64,000 nt of DNA from Psilocybe cubensis (taxonomy: Eukaryota), in NCBI GenBank assembly GCA_017499595.2, contig CM039007.1:2418001-2482000 (forward strand), given 5' to 3'. Positions 51,683 to 64,000 of the stretch are shown in pieces (position 1 is the stretch's first letter; every line of letters starts with the position of its first letter). The translations under genes and the position numbers were made by a program. A model generated the notes under the pieces. That model made no database searches. It saw nothing but the letters and a program-made list of their open reading frames with translations, and was not told where the DNA came from.

Positions 51683-54054
51683 ATGCCGCGTTCGCTGGAC
51701 GAAGACCCGCTAACTTTGGCAATAGCACCTCCTCCCGACGAGACATATGAGCAGCGTGTGATAAGAGAGGCTGCTGAGGCAGAGGCGAAGAGAATCAGCG
51801 ATGAGATCGACGAACAAATACGAAAGGAGCGGGAGGCAGAGAAAAAGAAGAAAAAACCCGTCAAGCTGTTGTTGCTCGGTGAGTTCCATCTGTTGTTGAA
51901 CCCGAATCACGTTCTTAGGCGACTGTGATTCGTCCTCAAGGACAAAGCGAGAGCGGCAAAACTGCCACACTCAAAAGTGCGTATTTCGGTCCTCATGACG
52001 ATCAAATCTAACCAGTGCTGTAGATTTTCAACTCACATACGCTCGAAAAGAGTGGTATGAGGAACGGGCGGCTTGGAGAGCTGTTATTTTTCTCAATCTT
52101 GTCCGGAATGTGAACGTTATCATGGGCCACCTGTCAAGCGAGATGGACGACCTGCCATACTTTCCTGATGACTCTTCTGAGGATATCACCATGGTTCCAC
52201 GTCCACCTCGTGCGTTGGCTCGTCTGAAGTTCACGGAGAAGCACAAGAGATTCAGGGTACGGTTGGAGCGGTTGATCAGTGTGCAGCATGTGTTGGAGAG
52301 TAGGTTAGGTGCCGCCAGTCTCGAGTTGAAATCTGCTTCCGTCAACTCCGCTGCACCCTTTGAGCCACCGGCACCATCAAACCGACGAGCTCTTCAGGAA
52401 TTCTCTATCAACTCTTCTAACGGATGGAAATCTGCCTTGGACCGGTTCAGAACACTACGACATACACCCTCACGGCAAGAAAACGGCAGTGGGAGCGGCA
52501 ACGGAAATGGGAATGGAAACGGAACTGGCAGCAGCAATGGCAACTCTAGTCCTGTCAGCACTACCTCTAAGCACAACGGGAAACCTAAGAACGAAGAGGA
52601 GGACATCGTCGATATCATTGCTTCATGTCGTGACGATATCAAGGCTCTCTGGGATGATGACATCGTGAGAGAGACGCTCAGCAGACGCAAGGTCCGCTTG
52701 GAGGATGCTCCTGGCTTGTGAGTTTGTATTTTGATTGGCCACTATCTGTCCTCACGCGGTGCTGATTAACACCAGTTTTATCACGGATGCTGAGCGCATT
52801 GCCAATCGTGATTATCAACCGACGGACGACGATGTGATTCGCGCCCGTCTACGGACTCTTGGTGTTCAAGAGTACAGATTTATTTTCGACCATGGTATGT
52901 GGGGATGTTTGTATTCCCGAACGCCCTAGTACCCTGCTAATAATGTCTTATCAGGCCGGACAATGGGTCAAGAATGGAGACTTTATGATGTTGGGGGAAC
53001 GCGAAATAGCGTAGGTTTCTCTACCACTTGATTCCCCAACACAAACTAATTGGGGGGCATCAGAGGAGTGCCTGGTACTCATACTTTGATGATGGTAAGT
53101 ACACCATTCCACGGATTCAGAGCCGCTCTGACCCTTTCCGCAGTCGACGCTATCCTCTTTCTTGCGTGAGCAGACCTTGTTTGTAATAAGTGGCTTCCAG
53201 TCTTCTTACATTGTTCATTCTCTCTCTTCCCATTCTCCGCATATACAGCCCTAGTGAGTGTACATGCTTACGAGCGGTGGATGATATGCTTACTTCCTTC
53301 CTAACAGTATCTCCTTTCGACGAAAAATTAGCCGAAGATCGTCGAGTAAACAGACTGGAGGACAGCTATCTCCTTTGGCGGTCTGTATGCGCATGTAAAC
53401 TCTTGTCGAGAACGCAGATAATCCTCTGTACGTTACCTATTCAATTTGCTGACTGTAGCATTCTCCATGCTTACCCACTTAACCCACCCGCCTCTTTTGC
53501 ATTCTTTTCACATGAACCATACGTTCGTTCTCGTCGACGTGCAGTCCTGAACAAGTGCGATTTGCTACAAGCCAAGCTACAACGCGGAGTCCGTATCCGA
53601 GATTCGGTACCGAGTTTTGGGGATCGAAAGAATGACCTTCAAACAGCTACACGGTGTACGTATCTCGTTTAATTCATCTCGTTTGTTAGTCTAATTTGGC
53701 ATTCTTCAACTTCATAAAAAAATTTCTTTTCCTTTCTAGATTTCCAACAACACTTCAAAGAAATATCACGGAACCATTCACCTGTCCAGCGGCCATTCTA
53801 CGTGCATTTGACATCCGTAATAGTATGTGTCACAGAATCTCGTAATTAACGAACTTCTTTCTGATTTTCTGATCTTTCCTTTCCCGCGTTCTTTTCCGTT
53901 AGGATACGCGATCGACGGCGGTTACTCTAGGGGCTGGTAAGTCGACCATTTGCATGTTTTCAGCCTCCACAGTCCTTAGTTCTTACTTGATATATGTCCT
54001 TCAGTTGAGGAGTCCATTCTCCGGGAACACCTACGGCGCGCCGACCTAATGTAG
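51683..54054 (+). CDS. Atypical heterotrimeric G-protein alpha subunit (basidiomycete-expanded, Gpa4-like group), many exons
   Basis: KLLLL|GQSESGKT (G1), DVIRARLRTLGV (G2), LYDVGGTR (G3), IILFLNKCD (G4) and HLTSVID (G5). N-terminus DPLTLAIAPPPDET...EAKRISDEIDEQIRKER. Stop TAG at 54052-54054. Confidence 0.92.
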
Positions 54055-56622
54055 ATTTTCTCTCTTTCTCCTTGTTCTCTCGCATCCGCACCAACGCGAA
54101 CACCCCTTCCGTTACTAATTCATCTTGGGACATTTTTCTCTCGCCACATCATCATCATTTACCTAAATAACTTCTTAATTCGTTTTTTTTTTGGAGCCCA
54201 TTCATTCTACTTTCCATTTGCACAACACCCCGTCCCTGATCACGTCCCAATGCGGTCCCGAAATTCCGCGTCCTTTTTTCCAGTCCCTTCCGCCAAGCAC
54301 AATCCCACATCCGCATTTTCCTGCATATTCGCTATTACATCATCGCGCTACCCTTTCTGGTCTCCCAGACGTCGACCCCCATCCCGTACACAACCCACAA
54401 CCACACCTCTACCCCCCAACCATGTGCAAATCTCTTGGATTCTTTTTAAAATTCTAAAGTCCCTTTTATTCCATACATTATGACTATGACGACGCACCCT
54501 TTCCCTCACCTCTCGACATCTCGGCCGCCTGGGTTATCCTCAGGTCCCAACACACTGGCCTCGCCGCAATTCATCCTTCACGCCACCCCCTCGCGAATCA
54601 CCCATGACTCACCACACACACAACCCTCGCTTTCACAAAGCTAGGTACCTCCGACATAACCTCAGTCGTTACCCTAATTTCGTTGCTCTGTGCAATGGTT
54701 GGCATATGCTTTCTTTATCTCTTCGTTCTTCGTTTTTCGCTTTCCCGCATGCCGCATGGTTCAGCTTTGGTTTTTCTTTGATTTTATCTTCTTTCTTTTT
54801 TCCTTTTTTGATCTAGCATTTTTCATCTCTCGTCTCTATCTCTCTCTCTCATCGCGCACGGCACTCATACAATCAAAGCAATCTGTACTTTTTTGTCTTT
54901 TACCTTTCTTTCCCCTCGCACCTATTCTTTCCCGCAGCATTCCCTCAACTCCGTCCATTCTTACCTTTCCCCATCCCTCATCTCCAAAAATTCCTCACAT
55001 CCCACTCCACATGCATCCCGTTCCCTTCCCCTCCCCTCCCCGTCCCCATTTTCCTGTTGCTGCTGCAATTTACATAGGTCACTTATACTGTATCCAAATG
55101 ACTACTGCTTTCAAAACTCCAAAAGCTTTCGTGTGCTCGATCACATCTCCAAAGTCTAATCTCGGGGCATCATCAAACCCTCCAAGCTCCAAGGTGCCAA
55201 CTGCAACTGCCACTGATCACCTCTCTATCTCTCTCTCGGATGCATATCCTCAATACCGATCAGAGCTCATATCCCGCGAAATGGATCGTCGTTAATGTCG
55301 ACCATCTACTTTTCTATTTTTTGCTTCAATCTTGACTCGACTCGACTTGATTTATTTTTCGGTCTTCTAGATTAAGCTTTGTTGCACTTTGTCAATGCAC
55401 CGTCACAGCAACGGATCTATATAAGCCTTCTTGATCCCCAGGGAGACTGCGTGCAGAGTTGCATAATATTGCGATGATACTAAGTATGAACTTCACTTTC
55501 AAATTTCACACCACTGCTATAGTACTACTATGTACTATTAGTATTAGTACGCATGACGCATGCAACTGTAAATTTAAAAAAGACAGCATTCTCCCGGTAG
55601 AATGCAGTGCAACTCAGAATCCACATATCGCTAGCATTACTGCACAGTACAAGTGCTTATTATATTATCATCTATAAAAGATCTCAACTGCTATGACATA
55701 TCAACTGAGGTCGTTTACCACACTCGCACAATCAGCAGACTCCTGGGCATTTAGACGAACACGAGGTTAAAAACACCAAAATAGAAAAAACAATGCTCTG
55801 CTTAGTAGTTTCCCCCTCCTCACTAAATAACTCAGTCACCTCCCCTCTCCCAGCCTCTCCCCCTTGCGGACAGATGCAGCGGAAGCAATAATCAAGGTAC
55901 AAGGTAGGCATCTTGATGACTTGATCCCCAAAGTCCATGTAATTGGAGGTAATTGGTATCCGGCAACTTTGCACTCATGTGCAGGCTACTTACTGGCCAC
56001 GGTAAACGGTCGGTAAGCTGTCGGTAATTCGATCGCAGCCAGGATGCAGCAAGACAAGAGCCGCCCTACATATTATTAGTACACAATACAACGTTGTACC
56101 TATTGGCAGGCTGCGAAAGTAACTACGCCCGCCTGTTCAAAAAGATTATGTCCATGACATTGCGAGTTATCGAGTTATCTACATACTACACACTGCTAGA
56201 GTGCCATAAAAAAGGAGATATATGTTGTATAATCGGATCAGGCGCGGTAAATGGGGTTGTGGGGTGCTATGTAGTGCGGGAGTTGGTAGCGGTGAAGAGA
56301 AAAGATAACAATGATGATGATGAGCGGGTGGTATAAATCAGAGCCATAAGGTAGGTATGTATAGCGCCGTCGTCGAAGGTAAAAGTGGACGAGGTGATGG
56401 TAAAACGGCGACTGTCTATGTGACGCGGGTCGAGGGTGGGTGTCGATAGGTGGAGAAGGAAGGGGAATATATACTACTCGTACTTATATTATCATCAAGA
56501 AAGTAACGCACCACACAAACGCGCGTCGAACGAATACGCGCATATGCGAAAAGAAGGGACAGAAAGACAAAATAAGGGAAAATAAAACAGAATGCGGGAA
56601 GGATAGCAAGAGTAAAAACAAA

Positions 56623-59129
56623 TCAAGAGAACCTACCCTCCGAGAAATTATTACTGTTGTTGTTTCTTAGAACCGGACTAGGAAGCCCCCGCTCCATTCG
56701 ACTATCATCCACCGACATCGTCCTAGAATTCGACTGCCCTGCTCCACCAGCACCAACACCACCTTGCCTACCACCGAGATGAACATCCTGCCCCAGATCC
56801 ACCTCGTCCTCGCTTTCTCCTGGCGTAGCCATATTCCCGCCCGCGGCAAGCCCCGACGCATTCCGCCGCGCGCGGCGCGCATGGAACGTCCGGCTCGCAG
56901 TCGCGTTGGAGAATATAGGCAAAAGGTACCGCTCATCAAGTGCCTGGAACCATTTTCCATCCTCGCCTATACCCATAAGGCTGTTCTGCCTCGGCGGCGG
57001 ATGAGTTGTGTCGTTCGCGTTGTTGTTGTGGTTATCAGCTGAAGGAACGAGCGGCAGCACCTCTCCCCCATCGGAGTCGTAGGAATCCGAGGACGCAGAC
57101 GAGAAGATGGTGTTTCCTTGCAGCACAGGCGACTGTTCACCGTTGTCCGGTCCCTGGTGCTGTTGCGAATTTTGATATTGGTGATTGAACCGTGACGCGT
57201 AGTGTGTTCCAATCCTTCCTGCACCTCGCGACCCGCTGGGCATATTGAGCGCACTACCATCCTCCTCCGCATATCGACTCCATCGACCACCGACGCCATT
57301 TCCTCCGCGGCCAACAAACGCATTGCGCCCAGGCGGCAAACCCGCCTCGTCCTCGTCGCTGCTCGCGCCTACATCATCCTCCACACCCGTCCGAATCCCT
57401 AGTACCTCGAGCATCCTCGCCGTCGTACCGCCAAATATGACCACAGTGAGAACCACCACAATCAGCACCGTTGTGCGCATCATCTGCGCATGAGGGCCGA
57501 CGAATCCCGCAGCGAGCGCGACACCGACCGCACCACGCAGGCCGGCCCAGAACAGCATCATCTGGTGCGAGTGCGGGAGCTCTTCCTGGCGCTGTCCGCG
57601 CACATGCTTGTGGAACAGGTTGATGCCCTCTGAGAGCGGGAAGACGGCGGCGTAGCGCGTGAATACAACAGCGATAGTCGTGATGATGATGAACACTGGC
57701 CGGACGTAGCTGAACACAGGCTCGGACACGGGCGCGCTCGTGAAGAGCGACATGCCGAGGTAGATAAAGATAAAGTTCTCTGAGAGCCGCGCGAGCGTGG
57801 AGAAGATGTATTTGGTGGCGCGCTGGGTGCGCCGTGACATTGTGTGATATGCGTAGTGCTTCAGGGTGATGCCACAGAAGAGGAGAGAGACGATGCCGGA
57901 GCACTGTAACCCGTTTGAGAAGAAGTAGCATGTGTATGCGCAGAGGGCGACAAGACAGGACTCTATTGAGGGATATAGGTGGAGATAGGAATGCTTGAGC
58001 ATCAAGGATGTCGACAGTCCAAACGCCACTCCGAGCGCCATCGAGACGCTAAAGGAGAGCAGAAAGATGCCTATGCCATGGAAGATGGATCCGACGAATA
58101 TTTCTGTTCCGGTAAACCGACTCAGCGTTCTTGACGTTCAAATCCCAGTAAGTGCATATACAAATGAAAAAAAGGATAATTCTACGCACTCGTACATGAC
58201 GATACTGACAGCATCGTTCAACAAGCTCTCTCCAAAGATGACAGTGTACAACTTGGGGTCGACCTTGTACTGATTAAAGATGGCTAGGATGGTAACTGGA
58301 TCGGTCGCGGACAGCGTTGACCCAAAAATGAGGCACTCGATTAGAGGTAGCTTATCGGTGTCGATTCCAAGGTATGAGTATATGAATACGAGTATCCTGT
58401 TCTGCAGGTGTTAAGGATTTGCATCACGCAATATCGAGTTCATGCAGCGTACCCCACGCCTACAGCCGAGATGAACGTTCCAAGGAATGCAAATGTAAGA
58501 ATTGACCCAAAGTTGCGGAAAAAGTTGTCCTTCAAGAAAATGAACATGAATGAGCGCTCAAACAGTAAACGGATGTTCCATACCTGCTTGAGCTCATATC
58601 CCGAGTTCAAAATAATTGGTGGAAGTAACAGATTGAAGAATAATGTATGTTTGAAAGTCTAAATCGAATTCAGAATACGTTTTTGCACAAAGTGATTGGC
58701 ATGGAATGGAATGGAACAACCGAGGAGGCTGGAGGGTATACGTCTTCTCGTCCAGACGCACCGCCTGAGTAAAAGAGCGCCTATATCCACCTCCTCTCTG
58801 TTTGCCTCCAGCGTCCCAGCGATCCACTGCGCAAAAGTCCAGTAAAATCCCAAACTCACCAGCATCTCCCTGATCATCGTCCCCGGCGCGAGCCTAATAA
58901 TCGCGCCAACCACCATTCCTGCAAAAATCGACACTAGCGTCTCGTGCACAGCGCGTATCCGCTTAATTTGGAGATAATATGAAGTCAACAGCGACAGAAT
59001 AAGCAGCATGCAAACGAGGAAGAGCGACCATGATGAATAGTATTCCTCCTCCTCCGGTGCTCCTGCTGGTGGTGTCGTTGCCGCTGCTGCGACCGCAGCA
59101 TAGGTTACTGACGGTATCTTGATACTCAT
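56623..59129 (-). CDS. NHX1: Endosomal/prevacuolar Na+(K+)/H+ antiporter (CPA1 family)
   Basis: [80 protein letters not shown] and [16 protein letters not shown]. Confidence 0.93.
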
Positions 59130-59398
59130 AGCTTGATGTGGTCTTCTGGAGACTCAATTAAGGTCTACAGAAATGCCAGGTCGGAGGGTGCAAAGAGCTT
59201 TTGGTGGTTGATGGACAAACCCATGTCCGCGTATTGCTCGCTTCTGGGTGCTGCTGAGGTAATCATCAGGAAACAGGCACCATGCATCATGCATCTGTCA
59301 GGCCTGCCACAGCCCTCCGCCTGGTGTTGAAAAAATGAGTGAGGGATTTCAGTTCGTAGGTATATTAAGTGAAATAAGTATAGGTCTAGCTAATAATT

Positions 59399-60973
59399 TT
59401 AAAATCCCATAGGGGGGCGGCGGGCAGCATTTTGCCTCGCCAATGCCTCTTTACGGGCCTTTTCCATTCTCGCCGACAAATCGCCCTTGAACCAGTTTTT
59501 GCCGCGGGTGAAGGTCTCTCTGATGGTAGGCAGCTTGCCGTAGGCGCTGGGGGGAACAATGGGGATTTGCAGCTTGTTTCGGACAACAGGCATACGCATA
59601 ATAAGTGTTTGGGCGGTGGTAAGAATGGCCGTGGTCATCAATGACAACAGAAGTCCCTGTAATATCGTTTTAGAAATCTAAATGTACATGGGGGGGCAAA
59701 GAGAAAAGCTTACTGAGGGGAAAGCAGCCATGAAGGCGATACCAGGGATTGTCATTACGCGGAACAGGTTCATAATGTGGGCCATATCCGGTCGTTCTTT
59801 AGTGTTAAGATCGCGTGCTCCGACCTAGATATTCCAATATCAAAAACAAGCGAGAAAACAGTGAAAATATGGACAAACCATAATTTGGACGTTAATGAGG
59901 GCGCATAGTGCTAGAGGCATGATGTACGTAGGATCCGCCACAGTCAAGTCGGGCAAGAAACTAACACCACTGTAGTGCAGTTGCTCGAGGGGCAATTTGC
60001 ACAGCTTCTGCACTCCGAAGAAAATTCCAAGGGTGATGGGCATCTGCACCAAAGCAATAACACCTCCCAGAGGGTTGATATTGTTCGCCCTGTAAAACTC
60101 CTGCATCTTGACCGTAGCCAGCTTCATAGCGACAGGGTCCTTCTTTTCAGCCGTTCTTTTGATTTCCTGTTGAAGAGCCAGCATCTTCGTTTGGTGGGGT
60201 TGCATTCGGGCGGAGGCTTGCAGACCCTTGATCGCGAATGGGACGCACACTAACCTCCAGAACGCACTTCCAGCAATGATTGTCCAGAACCAGGGCATAC
60301 CAGTAGAGACATTGATCAGCTCCAGAGACCACCGAACCAGACCGGCTGGTGACCATCCTGCGAGACCCATAGCAGCCAGGTCGCCATACTGCAGCGCAGC
60401 TGGCGCGTGAGTGGCAATGGCTTCGGTAACATCGGTGAGAAGGGTAGTAGGCACATCCGCGCTGGCAGCTGCCTCGGTTACTACTTCTGTAGGCAATGAA
60501 GTGGTTGCGTCTGTGGCTGCATCTGTAGGCAAAGGTGTAGTTGCAGCGGAGGTAGCGGGTGTTGACGACGATTCGGCGACAGCTGCTGCCGTCTCCTCTG
60601 TTGCCGGAGGAGCTTCAGGCGCCGCTGACGGTGGGGGAGTAGACTTGGAACTTGAGCCCCATAGTGACAGATTCCTAGAGCTTGGAGTCTGGATGTTATT
60701 TAGCGAACGGCAAGAAGATCCTGATGCCTTTTGAAAAGTAAAGTACCTCTCATTAGCCAGAAAGACCGTGTATGCAAAGTCACTTACTTGCAAAAGGGAA
60801 GAGAATAAGCGCGCGTCTGAGCGAGTCAAGCGTACTGACGAAGATTTCAAACTGAAAATGGCAGTAATTCAATGCAATCTCTAGAATTCAATATCATTCG
60901 GGACGCACCTCTTTGAACACGTCCTCAACGTCCCCGACCTGATACCCAGTCCAACCGAGGCAGCAAAAGCCAT
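59399..60973 (-). CDS. OXA1: Mitochondrial inner-membrane insertase (Oxa1/YidC family)
   Basis: Arg/Ser-rich presequence MAFAASVGLGIRSGTLRTCSK, then GLAGWSPAGLVRWSLELINVSTGMPWFWTII, LVQMPITLGIFFGVQK and FLPDLTVADPTYIMP. Confidence 0.88.
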
Positions 60974-61282
60974 TTTGTTTCACTAACGTATATCCCACCA
61001 CTCCGCTAGCGTTTTAAAGGCTTTAATGACCGAAATCACTGGATATATGGTCGTTGTAGGAGACACAACGCTACTTTTTGCCTTTTCCTAAATTTCGCGT
61101 CGGCGAAGCTCGTGCCGCGATGGTGCACGTGATCTCTCTAAGCGACGCCTAGCATTGGCGCCGCGCTGCTCTTTCTCCGCACTTCATGCGCCGCCAATCT
61201 CGGGTGGAACTCTAGTAGACGTTATCGTTCTCTTTGCGATAACCTACAACTATAATACCCACACAGACGACTTCACCGACAT

Positions 61283-62011
61283 ATGGATGAACCTAGACCA
61301 CGCCGGCGCACATACAGGTATGTTTTTTTTTAGTGTGACATGCCATCCGGGATATCGGGATAGGTATCTTTGGACTTACTGAGGCCGCCTCGTGCTGACT
61401 TGCACTTTCCAACTCCAGAGGACACCGTCGAAATTCATTCCAGGCTTCAGATGTCAACGAGCTCGTCGAGATTCGGGCGAGACAACGTACGTTCCACGGA
61501 GCATACAGCCGCACCGCTCTCGGAGCTCTAGGATATTCATTGACCATCTTGCGCCTTTTCGAACGCGCATTCCACCGAAGCAAGTGTTTCATCTCGAATG
61601 CCTCATGTTATACATACAACTAATATAACCAACTCTTCTCACTCACTGGTACACCTGCACCTTTCGTTACATAGTTGGGCTACTCTTTGCCATTCTCGGA
61701 GGCTTGTTATTCGTGCTCGCATTCTTCCGCTCGCGACACTCCTACCACGACTTTGCGGACCGACACAAAGAAGCTCATAAAGTTGACCAGTGCATCAAAA
61801 CAAAAGGCCAAGAAGGGACGCGCATCTTTGGTCGCCCGTTCGTCACAGCTGGTTGGATTGTATTGCAGGTAACATTTATAGTCGCCGCCGTCGAGATCGC
61901 GCTTCTCGTCCTCATCCTCCGGCATCACATTAACGTATGTCCCGGTCTATCAATATATTGCCTGGTTCATTCTCCTGTTTTATTCACGCATTTTCCTTTT
62001 CATAGACCTGA
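61283..62011 (+). CDS. Small three-TM DUF202-type membrane protein
   Basis: Spliced MDEPRPRRRTYR|GHRRNSF...ELVEIRARQRTFHGAYSRTALGALGYSLTILRLF...HR|IGLLFAILGGLLFVLAFFRSR...GRPFVTAGWIVLQVTFIVAAVEIALLVLIL. The RTF..Y.RTAL motif is typical of DUF202. The 3' end is 62011, or 62093 if the last intron is retained. Confidence 0.7.
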
Positions 62012-64000
62012 ACATCTCGCTTGGGAAAGAGGGGAGACACTGTCAACATTTCTTAGGACGTATTCGTCATATCCCGTCTTTCTTGTATCATGATCATCTT
62101 TCAATTCTCGTTAATTTCCGTCCAGCTTCGTACTACACATATCTTTCTCGAAAAGCACCTCACCTTCCTAAATCGACTAACCGGCCTCGAGCTGTTCGCA
62201 AATCTATTTCTGTTATTTCTGTCATTCGAGATTCTGACGATCGACAGCTGCAGGGTTGCAACCACTGATATCTTCAGCTAGAAATTAGCCTATTGTGGGA
62301 AACTTGTTCCTACCCCACCCTCCAGGGTTCGTGAATGACGATAACATTTTTGAATTGAACTTCCCATTGAAGTAATCAATTTACGCCTTTGTATTGATCG
62401 AAGATGCTCCTGCCACCACCACCATCACCACCAAAAATCATCGACGAAAAGTTGACACTTATTCCCTGTGGCACAAAGTTCAAACGATTGGACTGACCAC
62501 TGTCCTTCCTAGCTAATGCGATAAAACTCAATACATCATTATCTAACCCCCATGCAACCAGGTACTTGTGTATGACTTTCATGCACACACATACATCAAG
62601 CTCCGTAAACCCTGGTCAGCTGTCCTCTCCCGTCTTCGTAAACTTGCCGTCGGCTCATCCATATTCAGAAATCTCCTTCCTCAACGTGTGCACCGAGATG
62701 CACTCGATGAGCGATACGCTTTGCTCGTCCAATCGCATCACACCCCTTTGTTACATAATTACGCACCACTTGACTCCTCTTTCTTCTGCGTCTTTTGACA
62801 TCTGTTTTCTCTAGTTGTAGGTATTTGCGCCGATACCCAGGGGGCTGGCGGATTTGTAGATGAACGCGGTTGTAATTGGTTGGTTGGTTCGGTGGTTTGG
62901 TCGCTGAGACGGCACGAATTCCAGGGAAGTGGGTAAGTGCTGCACCAGTTTCAGTCCGTGTTCAGAACTTAACTTTAAATACATCGCAACGGCAGATATG
63001 AGCCCAGCTTTTCGTTCCTTCGTCTTATTCGCTTTTAGATGCAAAATGGATCGGGTGGCTCCAATTGGGCGGTGTTGAGCATCTAAAACTACCGGAACTC
63101 TTCAATCCAGGACAGTAGCCATGATTTGTTTATGTGTCAAATGTCTGAACAATATGGTGTATAGGTTCCCAGTCCCTTATCTTGTGTACTCGATATGTTC
63201 CTCTGGCGGAAACGATCGTGGTTATTACACATTTAGAAGGGGCACACTCCCCAGAGACTGCTTGCTGTGGCAAACCTATTGTGGGAGCTCGAAATTGGCC
63301 AGAATATCTGTAATGCAGTTTATTGTCGCTGGACTTGATTTACATCTTCAAAGTATATTAAATACTGTTGTTCGATTTTAGCTATATGCTCACCCTCTTT
63401 GCCTCACAGGACGCGTGGACTATATCAAGTATTGTCCTGCCAAGTTCTTTGAGGATTCAATCGAAAAAAAGCTATTTCTCCGATATCGTTTGCCCAAATA
63501 CAAGCATCTATTTGCTTTACTCTACAGTCTCTTAGTGTTTATAAACTAAGAGTTTTGCCCGCTTTCAGACGCATGGCAAGGTGTGGTCGGAATTCAGAGC
63601 TGCCTGCCCGGTATGCCCGTCGAATTAATTGAAGCCACCACAACTTTATTTAAGCCATACTCTACTTGACAAGACCCTTAAAAATTGAAATCCGCGCCGT
63701 TGCAGTCGCGATACCTTTCCGTCCACAGCCATAGCCATAATCTTTCGAAGTTCGAACATACCAATTTACGGAAAATCGACGACAGTCGAGGACAGTGTTT
63801 GCTGCGGACGGGATCACATCTTTGACACGTTGGAGCACCGTTCATATGTATTATTCAGGTTTCTACTCACCCACCCTGTCGATCGTCCCCATGAAGGCTG
63901 ACTATCGCAGGTCCCATATTTATTTTATCTATATGACATTCCGCCAAACACTCCGAGTAAGTAACGGCATAAAGACACGCAAGGGAACGCCGCGGGGAAT

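Noticed and set aside
54100..55400. ORF 54690-55295 and neighbours
   Set aside because: Pyrimidine-rich sequence downstream of the G-alpha stop, probably 3'UTR; the F/S/P-rich translation reflects base composition.
62300..64000. Possible degenerate gene fragments at the right end
   Set aside because: Frames are interrupted by stops and no family is recognisable.

Overview
Intron-rich eukaryotic DNA, most consistent with a mushroom-forming basidiomycete (Agaricomycetes): short GT-AG introns with CTRAY branch points and typical agaric gene families. About 18 protein-coding loci are supported. Conserved genes: a small multi-pass membrane protein, a Munc13/C2 (MHD) protein, ER Hsp70-family Lhs1 (HDEL), peroxisomal Lon (SRL), a DHHC palmitoyltransferase, NHX1, OXA1 and a DUF202-type protein. 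Accessory genes: four F-box-like genes (one with a single premature stop), two protein-identical fruiting-body (actinoporin-like) lectin genes in a ~3.4 kb inverted duplication, a DUF6535-type membrane protein, and an atypical G-alpha lacking the catalytic Gln. A sharply bounded ~11 kb microsatellite-saturated island (31.2-42.3 kb) holds a divergent TALE homeobox gene and a ~1430-aa low-complexity protein. At ~21.0 kb a short tandem duplication has a second copy that lacks exactly a canonical-looking 52-nt intron, a possible RNA-templated event. No rRNA, tRNA, CRISPR array or recognisable transposase was found. Exon boundaries were read by eye and family calls come from motif recognition, not database searches.
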